The notes beneath the pieces are model-generated. The model did no database searches, was not told the origin of the DNA, and saw nothing but the letters and a program-made list of their open reading frames with translations. A DNA stretch of 64,000 bases from Raillietiella orientalis (lineage: Eukaryota): assembly GCA_036172245.1 (NCBI GenBank), contig JAYWIR010000029.1:744001-808000 (forward strand), given 5' to 3'. Positions 37,204-49,900 of the stretch are shown here, piece by piece. Positions within the stretch are counted from its first letter, which is position 1; every line of letters begins with the position of its first letter. A program made the position numbers and the translations under genes.

Positions 37204-38654
37204 ATGATACATTTCTTGGTAATGCTAATATGTATTTCATGTGTTACTTCAGCAGTAACACAAGGCCTAAACGTACCCAGATCTGTGCTTGGGAAAGCTT
37301 CTGATTATGGTGCTTACGAGGAACTTTCAAATTGCAGTTCTTGCTTATTACTTGCAGAATCTTTCCATAAGGTCAGTGTATGAAATTTCCGTGTGCACTT
37401 GACATTAGTGTATGGATTCCATATTATTACAAATAGTATGCGTTATTCAATTCCTATTACACCATTTTCATTACTTGTTTATTGTAAATGAATAATTTCA
37501 GGGTATTGAACGAACTGCCAGAAATAAACATGATGGTGGTGATGCTGCATGGGAAGAATCCCGATTAGGCAACTATGCATTTAGTGAGGTACGACTAGTG
37601 GAAATAGAAGAAAATCTTTGTGATGAATTGAAAAATCACAAGGATCAGGTATTATTCAAAACTGCAACTGTAGTGCAAAACCAATGATGCATCAGTGTCA
37701 CAGGGTACAATCTGAAAATGAGGAACTGTTGGAAGATTGGTGGTTTAATCACCAGAAAACACATCCTGATTTGTCTGCATGGTTGTGTATGAATACAATA
37801 AAAGTTTGCTGCCCTCATGGTCAGTTTGGTCCAAATTGCACAGACTGCCCAGGAGGTAAACATAACCCTTGTAATGGTAATGGAAAGTGCAATGTGAGTA
37901 AGAAAGACTTCCTATACAAATTCATATGGAGACTTGTAGGGGGAGGCAACAAGAATTGGAAGTGGTGAATGTAAATGTCATGTGGGCTACACAGGTAATG
38001 CATGTCACAAATGCAAAAAAGGTTGGTACCAGAACAGCACAGATGAGAAGATGATACAATGTGCACGCTGCTTTGAAGGTTGTACAGATGGATGCACAAA
38101 GGTTATAAGACACATTTAGTTTTCTTAGATATCCATTTCAAGATGTCTTAATAGGGTGGTCCAAATGGCTGTAATAAATGCAAAAAAGGTTGGCTTTTAC
38201 AAGCTGAACAAGGATGTGTGGAACAAAATGAGTGCTTGCAGCATCCTTGCAATAGCACTCAATTTTGTATTAACACTATAGGGTCATATCAATGTCTTGG
38301 TAAGAATCAGAAAACAATTGATCTACTTTTATTGTAAGTAGATTGTGATGCTGCATGCCAAGGATGCACACACCAAGGTCCAGATGGATGCATCAGTTGT
38401 GCTCCTGGCTATGTTAGAAGAGGTGAACTTTGTGTAAGTAGTAGAGAATAATTCTTTCTCCAGGCACTTACACTTCACCATAGGTATTGCAGGAGCCAGT
38501 TAATTATCTGCGCTATCTTACATATGCAGGCCTGTTAATAGCTGCTTGCATCACTAGCCAAAAAAATATTTGGTGTGCTGCTGTTATTGGCATTTGTGTA
38601 GCTGCTTACATTGCACTGTCAGAGTATAGCCTCAAAAGAGATGTTCTCAAATGA
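37204..38654 (+). CDS. CRELD1: CRELD1-like protein (cysteine-rich with EGF-like domains, two C-terminal TM segments), 7 exons, ~360 aa
   Basis: Exons 37204-37371, 37502-37648, 37696-37893, 37940-38101, 38155-38299, 38342-38433, 38484-38654; 1083 nt, in frame. Signal peptide, CxxC (CSSC), WE domain GGDAAWEE..Y..SEVRLVEI.E.LC, LEDWWF, CCP.G.FGP.C, EGF and furin-like repeats, TM hairpin RYLTYAGL..YIALSEY. Confidence 0.93.
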
Positions 38655-38658
38655 TTGG

Positions 38659-39318
38659 CTAAACAGATTCATCACTGTTATTGCTTTCAAGTGTCTGTTC
38701 TCCTAATTTTTCAGAAAGAATATCAATATCTGTGATTAAGTATTCTATATGTTTTTGAATTTCTCTGAATGTTTCTTCATTCAACTGGGAAATGACATTA
38801 ACTATTGCCACTGTCTTCATGGTACCTAGAAATCACTTGGTGTTTGACATAAGTAGTATCATATCACCTGCATCTTCTGCTGACAAGTAATGTTTCTGCA
38901 CAAGGAATCGTAAAAAATGCCTTCTCCTTCTTTCAGAAAGTTTCTTAATGCAAGTACGCATGACCAGCTTTTCTTCCTTAGTTGGCTGCCATTTGGATTT
39001 AGTAACTATAGGGTTTTTCCCGCATTTGGCACATGTTTGCAAGTTTTCAACACAGCTTAAGCACAAAATACAATATGCCATTAGCACATTTTTGGAATCG
39101 CAATTAGTACACTTTCTTGGGACAGTTAGTGATTTATACTTATTATATTTCACCTTCCACTGAAGTATAGAACAACAACGATCACACATATAAGGAAACT
39201 CTAATGCATTCAGCTGTTTTTGCTGCTGACTTTTATTGTGCATATCATTCTTGAAAGCTACTTTATTTTGGTATTTAGGTGGGCGATGGCGATGGATATT
39301 TCCACGTTGGGAACTCAT
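38659..39318 (-). CDS. C9orf85: C9orf85-like (DUF2039) Cys-rich basic protein, probably 2 exons, ~205 aa
   Basis: MSSQRGN..R.PKYQN..AFKND, C.RC..ILQWKVKY.KYK.L..P.KC..C, C..C..CAKCGK match the family (high confidence). Exon 1 39318-38868, 42 nt GT-AG intron 38867-38826, exon 2 38825-38659 (55 open codons, acidic tail); total 618 nt. Unspliced reading stops at 38833. Confidence 0.88.
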
Positions 39319-42249
39319 GTCTAGTGAAAAAACACTTTTCAGAAAAAATGCAATTTATTTAATTCAGAAAAACACAGATCATCAGTCACGCTTTACATTA
39401 TGTACTTGAAATAATGCAACGAAGGCACAGTTAAATGTTTCGCTTTCTATTCCAATTCTTACACGAATTATACAGTTCCTGACGCATTCATGTTCTAAAA
39501 ACAACCGTTGAAAGGAAGGGGAGTTGTATGTACGAGACTGAATTTCAGTACTAACTGTACAATCGAATGGGGTCTTGATGAAATTTTTAAACCTGCTTTA
39601 GGAAAGAACGCACAGATCGCTTTTAACTCATGAAACTTTCATATGTTTTAAAAATGTAGCTGCAAATTGACCTACCAGGCTTCTCTGAACATTCTGTGTA
39701 CACATCGAAACACGTGCGAGTAGATCCAGATCGAACTTCTGCTGTTCCTTAGGCAAGACGAAGCAATCTCCGTCACACACGCACTGGTGCCATTGATTTA
39801 AGTCGGATAAAAGGGAAAACGCTACTGCATTCGGAATTTTGTTTGGAATTTTTCTTGAGATATTGGACATTACATATGACGAATGTTTGAAATTGCTAAC
39901 GGATCCGCCTTCAAATAAAGTTCTCCAGTTGTATGTTCTGAAGTCTTTGTTTTCTTTGAATTATTTCAATTCCTTTGAACCAATGTGCACCTTTCAAAAA
40001 ACGTAATCAAAAGATGCCCATAAAAACATCTGAACACAAAAATGCTGACAAGAAGCCTCTGTTTCAAATCATGCAAAAAGTCACAAAGCTATTGTGAAAT
40101 TACATTATACTTCGTTTTACATGTTTTCGATCAATCGTAGATGTCCTACAATTATCAAGTTTGCAATTTCAGGATGTCGTGCATTATCTCCGCCCTTGCA
40201 GGACGTGGTCATCCACCAAAGGTAAAAGATTATTATTACCTTATCACGGTAATTCTATGTCAGTTACCAAAATATGCAGCAACGAAATGAACAAAACTGA
40301 TTTCAACCTCTGAAGTGATATAACATTCACCAGTGCTCATTTAGATCAATACTAAATGTTTGAGGTTCTCATTCCGCACCAATTTGACGGATAAGCATTG
40401 AGTACCGAGTGCCAGTTTAGACAATAGATTTAGGCATTAGATTTCCAGTTTGGATTTTAGACATTGTTAGATATTCTTTTCTTCCTGTGGATTTTAATAG
40501 TGCTTCATAAGGAAAGTTACATTTTGAACCGGAGGAGAAAGCGGAGTGGACCGCAGATGCTGCTGGAGATGCTTCGATAGGTGTTGGGAAAAGAAATACA
40601 TGTCAAATGATGGGGCATCGTTATTCCCTGTGTCTGTCTGTAAGCACAGTGAGTTCGGATGTGAATTTAAAGTGTGTTTGCTTAACAGTAACCGGAGTAT
40701 AGTAGACTGCTCCCAGACTAATCTGTAGCAAGTAAACTAAGGTCATTACCTCAGTTGTGAAAATTTAGGAATCCATGAAAAGATGTCGATTTAAGGAACA
40801 AAATTCAGCTAACGAGGGAAAAAAAAATTTGATGGAATAGATAGCTGAATTATTGGGTTTCCATTTTGCCTACCTAAATATAAAGTAGTGTTTATTTAAT
40901 TGCAATCAATACGAAATACGGGTGTGCATTACATGACTTATAATTACGTCAGATGTGAATATGTGGTCGTAAAAGATGAAACGTTGCGAACCTATTGTAA
41001 CAAAAGTGCATGACCTTTTCTTTTGAAAAAAAAAAAAAACTTGCAATATGTAAACTCTGAGAACTCTTTTAAACACTCCCTGCTTACTTGGTTTCCCTTA
41101 AACAAATGGCACGAAAATCCCTCGTGGAAGTTTCTCATTCTGAAGTGTCTGAGGTTATGTGGGGAACAGTTTGACATAAACGGTATCAAGTGGAGGCAAT
41201 AAATACTATCTCTGATCAGTAAAGTTCCAAAGCACACGAGTAAAGTATTCAATAAATATAGGGAAAAAGAGAGGCATTTAATTCATGTGCATACAAATCA
41301 GTGTCAAGTCCATTTTAAATCACCTAATCATTCCCTCGTTTAGGAGGGAAATTTGAGGAGGATTGACGTTAGGAATGATGTCTGAAGACAAAGATATAGG
41401 AAGAAACACATTCTTTAATGTTTTGGATGACAATTGATATGGTAATTGTACTATATCAAATAACGTAATCCTAGTGGCGGCCTTTCCTTCCTTGATGTCT
41501 AACAAGTACCTCATGAAAAGAACTTTGGAAAAGTCTTTTTATGGGATAGAATTACGTATGAGAAGTATTGAAATGACTGCTAAACTATAAGCAAGAGTTT
41601 AGCAAAGTTAACTGTATCGACAATTCTGTGACTTCAATTACCCCAGTGTCTTTTAAAGCAGCTGTAGTAGAATCAGCGTTGTTTTGTAGTCGTGCGCGTA
41701 TGGTTGGACCTTTTCTAGATGAACTTTTATGTAAAAAGAACTTCGACGTGCTTGAAGTGGCGATGAGTGCATCTTCGTCAGCCGGATGGCCCTCTTGCAA
41801 AGTGTCCTTTGGGACCTGAACACGAGCGGCGTGTTCACCAAGTGTTCTTTTCACTTTTTCGAGTTGTTCTTTTCACAATGAGAGCGCAAGCAGTCTTACT
41901 TCGAAACGATGCTTGCAAAGTGAAGCGGCAGTGGCTCAAAGTTAAAATTTTGCCTAGATGCTCCTGCGGCATCCGTAGGTCAACCCGAGAAAAAATGTTA
42001 AATCCTACAATAGTTACAACGGATATGAAGGATCCGTTCTTTCATCAAAGGCAGGGTGCCAGATGCTCTTCGGATGCTAAATATTGAGTTGATTCCCTGT
42101 CAACCATCATCATTTCCTGAAGCAGACCGAAGGCGGGAGGAAAAAAGCTCCAATAAAACTCGCACTTCGTTACCGCTATCGCAACTCGCATGTCACAGAT
42201 GTTCAAATGTATCAATCAAGTGAAGAGCAATTTCTCAACGATCAGTCGT

Positions 42250-43600
42250 AACTTGTATTCCAGCAAACTTACTGCATCGAGATAAACAAGCCAAAATTAC
42301 GTAACCACAATACTGAGAAAATTTATCTTCCGGAAACACATCATCGCAAAGTGCAGATTTTTTCTTCTTCTTCCTGGGGTGTTCCGCAGACAAAAATTAC
42401 GTGGATGGAGGAATTTCCCATTTGTCCAAAGGAACTGAAAATGGGATGTCCACACGCTTTTGAAGAAATGAGGCCTTTGAGGCATGTAGGCACAGAAAAC
42501 ACCAATCTGAGCATCAAATCAGGCAATAAATCGACCTGATTATGCGTTTTTTAAGAAGCTGCTTTTACATAATCCTATTTAAGTAGGAAAAATATCATTA
42601 AGTGTCAAGAGGACCTCGTAATTGGAAAGCTTCACGAGTTCGAAATTACAGCGAGCATCCGCCTCTCGAAACATGAACCAAATCTGATTCTAGTCATACC
42701 ACGTACGTGCCAAGGATCACGAAATCACAGCCATTCCAGCAGTTCGGTTTTGGTATAAAATACCGAGATTTCTCAAATAGGAAGCCTATGAGCACATATA
42801 GTGAGTGGGTGCCGGCTAGATTGAGTTTAAGTTAAATCCAGAATACAACCGGGATACAGATTCCCTCCGGAGCCCTCCAAATGTGAGACTGACATGGCGT
42901 ACACTTTTGTTCGTACTACAAGAGTGGCTTCGAAAGGCGATGATAGTTCTTCCTATTCTGTAGCTCTAAATTCCCAAAATCAGTTGTTTGAATGACTGGT
43001 GCATAGAAACCACTGCGACTCCTTGACACGAAACCTCCCGTGCCCGCACCATTTTGGGATCAGCGAAGGTTATATAATTTTCGGTCGCTGGAGATCGATT
43101 CCTAAGGAAGCGACCGTGCGTGTGTGGACAGATTCTTGCAGTCGGATTACAAGGCAATTTCAAACCGTTCACAGTGGTTCCACCTCTTCGGCCTTTTGCC
43201 GAGTGGTTGAAGCAGCATCTGCAAATCAATAAAACCTGCTTTTTAACGACCGACTTCTCTGATAGCCGTGGCAGCAACATTACGAATGTAATTCTGGGCG
43301 ACATTATGCAACGAATGGGCATCTGCATCTCTGTGGGCGTCAGCGTTCCTTTACTTTCAAACTGCTTAACAAAAAGTATGGCCTTCCCCTACTCCCCATC
43401 CGGCCCTCGATGGTTCTGCACGGGTCATCTATGTGTGGGTAGAACTACACTGATGTACTGCAGAATCAATATGTAAAATTCTGGGGTCGGGCCAGTTCAT
43501 CTCGAGAATGTGAAGACTATACGTCTCACGAAGTCAAACCTTTTTGGCCAGCAGAAATCTGTCCGCTGTTTGACCGAAAGAATCTTTGTATTGCAGGAAC
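42250..43600 (-). mobile_element. Possible very decayed LINE ORF2 C-terminal remnant
   Basis: IRCIMSPRITF (~43315) and CGHP..SSIHVIFVC (~42450-42385) resemble post-RT and zinc-finger motifs in the right order; weak. Confidence 0.25.
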
Positions 43601-43974
43601 TGATCAACGGTTGCTGACGGCAACGAGCTGACGGTTCACGCAACTTCCCAAAGGAGGGCTGACTGCACGCTTCCTAAGGAAACTGCTTTTCGTTGCTAGG
43701 TGATTTTATTCTCAAGTTGTGGCGATCAGTACGTCGGGACCAACGACGCCGAAACAATGTCGTCACTACATGAAACACTAAATGTTGCTCCTTTCTTTCT
43801 GCCTCCTCCTTGCACGCTGGTATCCAACGACGAGGATACTGGCTCCCTCTTCGGGTGAACTGCGACATGACGCTTGGGAAAGGCTGTACAGCCAGGTCCA
43901 CACGCCTGCAGCATCTCGGTTGCACTGTCAACGCGACGGGAATGTCCGAAAGTGGGGTGCGTGAACACGTGGCA

Positions 43975-46900
43975 TCACTGCCACCGGTCGGAGTCTATGC
44001 CGCTGTCGGGACTAGTTTTGGCAGGACTTGGGCTATGGAAAGCGCAGCGCGAAGAAACCGGGGGCTGCCCTCGATGCTCGACGCACGTGCACTCATCAGC
44101 ACTGGACCGCAGATGTCTCTCCCACGCCTGCAGCTGCTTCATGAACGTCAGGTTCGGAGAGATGTTGCTCTTCTTCCTCCTGACAAGGTCGAAGGCTTCG
44201 TTGAGGGTCAAGGTGAGCTTGTGCATGAGGTATGCGAGCGTGATGGTCACGGAACGGGAAACTCCTGCCAGGCAGTGAACCAGCACCCCGAGCTCCTGAT
44301 CACGGGCTTCATCTGAAAGATCACGGCGACAGTGACAAAGATCAAGAACAACTCCTGCCGCCATCGTCACCACAACGGTTTTCATTCGCACCATGGAATC
44401 AGAAATGGAGGAAGGGCCCGTATCTCCAGGAAAACCGGAGGGAGGTCGACCTCCCCCCCTCCGGAAGTCGATTTGGGTTCTCTCGATCACTCTTTCGGTG
44501 ATCTCTACTGCCTCTCCCTGAGCTCTCCTTACATGGCGTTTTTTGCTGACGTCTCGAGTGTGGCTGCACCATCGGGGGCTCTCCCCCCCACTCGTTGGCG
44601 TCCGTGTGCCTCTCTTCTGCCCCTGCCCCGGTTCCAAATTACGCGAGCACCGCAGGTTCCTGCCGACTGCGGACGGAAAAGCGGAAAAAAAAAAAAACAA
44701 AAACAAACAAACAAATAGTCGCCGCCGCAGGTCACGTGACTCCAGGCAAGATGCGCGCTATCCTCTCTGCTCTGCATCACCCAGTGATCTGAGGGGAAGG
44801 CAGCGACGACCGGACGCTTCGGCAGAAGAGTCCCCCAATCGCAGAAGTGTAGCCCCCCCCCCCCCCCCCCCGCTTTCTCGGCTCCGTGAGTCCGTCGCGA
44901 GACACGCAACTTCCTGTCACACCTTGCGGAACGTTCGAGGGAACGGCGCGCCGATCGAACGCGGACTCCGTCGCTTTTCCGAGGGAGAGGTGGCAAGGGA
45001 GTGGCACAAGAAAGTGCGGGGGAACTTCCTCCACGGCTGCGCGCAGGAGGGGTGGGCAGCAGTAGTGCCACGGCGTATCTCGGCCTGCGCTTCCTTTGTT
45101 CTGATTGCCCATTCACGAAACTCGCCTCTCCTCCCTCGCAAGCGACGGGCACATGGAGGGAAATTAAGGCCAACCCTGTGACGCACGGCGTGCCCGCTGT
45201 CGCGCCAAGAACCTTCGCGATGCGCGCACAAGGTACCCTCCCCTGGATACCACCGGGATGTTCCGAGAAGAGGTTTCGACGGCGGCTCCTCCCTCTTCTC
45301 GTCTCTCTTTTTTATGGCTTGCCGGATCGCGCAACGGAAGCCCGCAATTGAAGAACGGCGATAATCTTCCCGGTCCGCGCGCCCGCGTAGAGCCGAGCAC
45401 TGCCGCCCGCTTTCGAAATTTGAAAAGCCGGCAGGAACCGGAAAGCGTTTCCGGAGGGGCGCGCCGTGACAGGATGCGCGCGATGCTCCTCTCCCGCGCG
45501 CGGGTGAGGAGGAGAAAAAAGGCGCCCTCACCCTTCCCTGCATGCATTCTTCGCTCTCTCCCCCCTTCCCTCTCCCTTCACCCCGGGCTGCTTCCTGGCA
45601 GGCGCGACAGAAACGGCCGCTCCCCGAGCGGATGCAGCGGGCAGTCGCGCGCGCGAAGCAGCATCGCGGCCGCCAGGGGCGCTGCGCTCCGTCCCGCGCT
45701 CCGCTGGCGCGCGTCACGCCGCTGCCGCGCATCGATCGGCCGCCGCCGCTTACCTATGAAGTCGATCGACTCGGGGAAGTAAGAGAACATGTCCTCGCTC
45801 AGCTGGTCCGAGATGGGGACCTGCTTGTACTTCATGCTGGCCTGCTGCTCGAACACGTTCGGGAGATCCGCCGTCACGTTCAGGATGTACTGGGAAGGAG
45901 AGAGGGGTGAGACCGCCAGGCAGCGCGGAAGGGTGGAGGGGAGGGGAAGGCGCTCCCGGAATTTACCTTGATGTTGCGCCTCCGCAGCTCTTCCCCGTCC
46001 TCGGACGTGTCTGCGTCCCCGAGGAACAGGTGCGGAAGGATTTCCAAGGGGAACGCGCTGCGGCTGTGCGGCGAGGACGGCGGAGGAGACGAGGAGGAGG
46101 AGGACTCCCGCAGGTCGCCGTCGCCGGAGGACAGGGAGGCGCACAGGCTCAGCGTCTGCAGGCCGAAGATCGTCAGTTCCGCGCGATTGCTTTCGCACCA
46201 CTCCGGGAACTCTGCGCGGAACGTGGAAAACCCTCCTGGAAAAAGAGAAGCGTCACGGTAGGGAGATGCGCAGCTCCGAAAACCTCCTCCCCCTTCAGAC
46301 ACCGGCTTCCGGGAGTTCAAGCACCGATTTTCCCCTCCGGAACAACGCCAAAGGAAGGGCAGAACACCACCAGTGTGTGTGGAGAGAGGGCGCCAAACGT
46401 CAGCGCCTCCTCTTCGATCCGGGGAGCCCGGCAGAATGCGCACCGGAGCGACGAGGTTGCACCAGCTGGGGCCTCCCTGGGCAGCGAGCGGGTTTTCGGA
46501 CAGCACTCGAGGCCGAATACACGGGTCCGGGGTCGCGCAACGCAAGCGTGTTGTTTCCCTGCTCGGCGCTCGGGGATGCCGCGCCGTCGGGATGACCTGA
46601 TCACGCGCGCAGGATGTTCGTTCGATGGGAGAGTCAGGAAGTTTCCACGGCAGGGTGGAAAAGGGGTGCCGAAAGCTGTGTGCTCCATTTGGAGGATGAT
46701 TGGGGGGGGGGGGGGGTCGCTCCTGCGTTTCGGGATTCCAGGTGCGGCGTTTCTGACCAGGCGCAAGCAGCGCCTACACCTTGCGCGGTCCCTGCACGCC
46801 AACGATTCTCGTAACTGGAAGGAACTGGGTGCGGTGGGCACCGCACGCAGTTTTCTCGCGCACCCGGCACCTCTTCGACTGCGTATCCTACCTCGGCCGC

Positions 46901-49900
46901 GGCAATCGCGAGAAATCACCTCTGCCGCCGACCGCAGAGTTCGAAAGATGCCATCGATGCTGCGCGAAACGGGAAGGAGGGTATACCAAGCTCTGCGTAC
47001 CAAGCTGGGGTCACACATTTGCCGCCGTGTTGTGCGCGCGCCAGCTACTCACTCGGCCCACTGGTCCGGTGACGACTGCAGTCGCCACGCGCGTAAATTT
47101 CACCAAACCCCACGCGGTCTCAACTGTCGTGAACCGAAGCAGCTACCAAGCAGAGCGCCCCCGTGCTTCTTACACTCCGGAGAGGCCAACCTTCTGTGGG
47201 GGATATCAACCAGCTCGGACGGCCCTCCTCTTCTTCCTCCCGCGAGGGGGGAGGGCGGCTCCATTTTCACAAACCCCTAAGGGCTCCTTGATTTCTGGAA
47301 GGATCCCGGAGGGTTCAACGGAGCACCCGATTTCCACCACTGCCGGTCCAGAAGCAAACAGGGGAGTCAACCAGCGTCATCTTGCAGGGGGAACTCGAAA
47401 CCCACGACGCACCTCTCCGTTCTCGGCGTCGATCCTCCACGTGGGAATCCGAACCCGCGCCCCTTGGTACCGCCACGCAAGGAGAGCGCAGTCACACGGC
47501 CGCCAACGCCAACGAGGCGCCCCCCGTGCTCGGCAATGGTAAGATGCTAGATGCTTCTGGGGACTCAAAGAACCCAATTTGTCTGCGGATGAGAAAGGCA
47601 ACCCGGTCCCTGAAATGGAGGCGCGCGATTGGCTGCGCGATCCGGCATCTCCTTTTTAGCTGCGGGACCGGCTATCACCAGCTGATCCACTCGCAGCCAC
47701 CGAAACGCGACTTGAGCGGAGGGAAAGACATCCTCCCAGAGACGACCTCAACGCCTTTGAATCCCTCTGATGCGAAATACGGCAAGAAAGGTGTCCGAAG
47801 CCTGGAGAAGAGTCTGTGGACGGTGCTGCAGCGTTTCATGGCAACCGTTTCCCGCCTCCCCCGCCTGGCGCAACCGGAGGCGGCGCCATCTAATTCTCTG
47901 CTCGAGCTAACCGCGGGCTGATACGGTGGTGGTTCGCTCGAGTCGGGTGGGAGGCGCTCGGCTCTTTTGCATTAGCCGAGCTTCACGAAGATCGGGGCAA
48001 GGCTGGCGCTGCTGCCATGGCAAAAATGCCCTTCCCCGAAAAGACTCGCTGTGCGCCGCGCACCGTTCGGAAGTGGCGTACCGACGCGAAACCGTCCTTC
48101 TGGAAAATCACCACTGCAAACGGGAGGAGGCCGGCAGAAAGGAAACCCTCGCCTCGATGCGAAACGGCGTGAGCAGACGGAAAAAACGCCAGAAAGCTCG
48201 GGAAGATGCGCTTCCAATCAGCAGGATCGGTTAATAAAAATTACTATTTTACGTTACTTTGTCGAATCAGCTTTTTATTGGCCGTGCGTCACGGGGAAGG
48301 AAGAAGGGTAAGTTTCGTGCTAGCAACAGACCTCGGCAACGGAACTCACATCGCGCCGCTTTTTGCAAAAGTTCCACAGCTGCGAAAAAAAGGTGTTTTC
48401 TGTGTGTGTGTGTGTGTGTGCTGAGGTGGAAAGAAACCACACATTCGGTCTACCCTAAGAAAAGGCGGACTGCAAACAGCGCAATTCAGGAAATCCGAAG
48501 ATGTGAACCAATTGAGAAATGAGTCACCGCTGGATCTCTTGATCCTTTGCTTCCCCTCTGCAGTCTTCCCGTCCATAATTGTTTTGTTTCGTGTTTTCAC
48601 GAATGCACCTGTTCAGCACAACTGATTTTTTCCCCATTTTCCTTTGAGTCCATCGCCGGCATTGACAACTCAAGGAAGATAACTAACCTAATAGTAGGGC
48701 CGGTGAAATGAGAGGACATCCGCATGGCGAGAAACGAAAAACAGGGGGGGGGGGGGAGAAGAGACGGAAAGAAACGGACTGTTGTGAACTTTTGAATTCA
48801 AGAAATTGGCATTCGTTGTGCGTAAAAATGATGACCCGCGGCAGATTAATTGAAACGGATAGCATGGTATCCGTTGCGACGAAACCTCCCTCCGTACCGC
48901 GCTGGGTTGCGTTTCTCTCCGGTAGCGCGGGAAACGCACAGCGCCTCTTCCGGTAGCGCGCGCGGTTTCTGCGGGCTGGCGCTGATTCCCGGTTTCGGTT
49001 TTCCTACGAAGGTTTCGCGGCAGGCGCCCCTCTCTGCCCCTCTCCGCCGCGCACGGTCGGAAGGAAACTCACCACGGACGAACTGGCTCCTCTTACCCAC
49101 CAGATGCGCTGTTTGCACGCTGGAAGAGCTGTCTATGGCGGAAGTCACCTCCCCCCCACCCACCCACCCTGCGCTCTCCCACCCGACGCGCGCGGCGGAA
49201 GGAGTAACTATGCGAACGGCGTGCGCGTGCGATACGTCCTTGCGAAGCGTGCACTGCTGGTGGGGCCGAAGATTTGGAAGATGCTTCGAAAAGCAAGGGT
49301 GCCGCCACCAGGATCTCGGAAGGAGCATTTGTTTCCGTGACGTGTCCCGTTCCTATCCTCGGCTTTTTTTTTTTTTTTTTTGTTGGAAGGTTTCCGCTTT
49401 CGGAGGAAACTGGATTTCGAAGCGACCGCCTCGTTTCGGCGGTGGCCACGTGATCCCTTCCACTCCGTTCGAATCCCGAAAGATCCATCAGCCGCTACCC
49501 CTTTCTATCTGCTTGCCCGTAAACGTGGCAGGCGTTTGCTCTTCGCTCCATCCCTCGTTTCTGACTTTCGCACGCGGAAGCTGCAAAGGGACGAACTCTT
49601 GCTCGAAACCTTCGATGCCTTCAGGCAGTCCGTGCTGTCTTCGGCATGATCAACATCACAAGGATGCACATGGTTCTTCTGTGCACGTGTACGTGTATGC
49701 AACGGAAGTTACCACTGCGAATGCGTCACGAATGCACTCATGTGATGGATACGGATGTTTTCCACCTCTCTTACGGACCCAGGAAAACCGCACATCACCC
49801 GACCCTCAGAAAACAATGGCGACCCACGAAGGACGGATCGTCTGAAAACGTCTTCAAATCTTCGCAGATTCGCTTGACAAGACCGCTGATTTTCCAACTC

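Noticed and set aside
38833..39318. Single-exon model of the C9orf85-like gene as given in the ORF track
   Set aside because: A 42 nt GT-AG intron with an in-phase open downstream exon fits better; the unspliced form remains possible as a retained-intron isoform.
39600..41900. Possible gene from short ORFs, e.g. CKHSEFGCEFK resembling a TRAF/SIAH zinc finger
   Set aside because: No consistent exon chain or additional motifs; probably decayed sequence.
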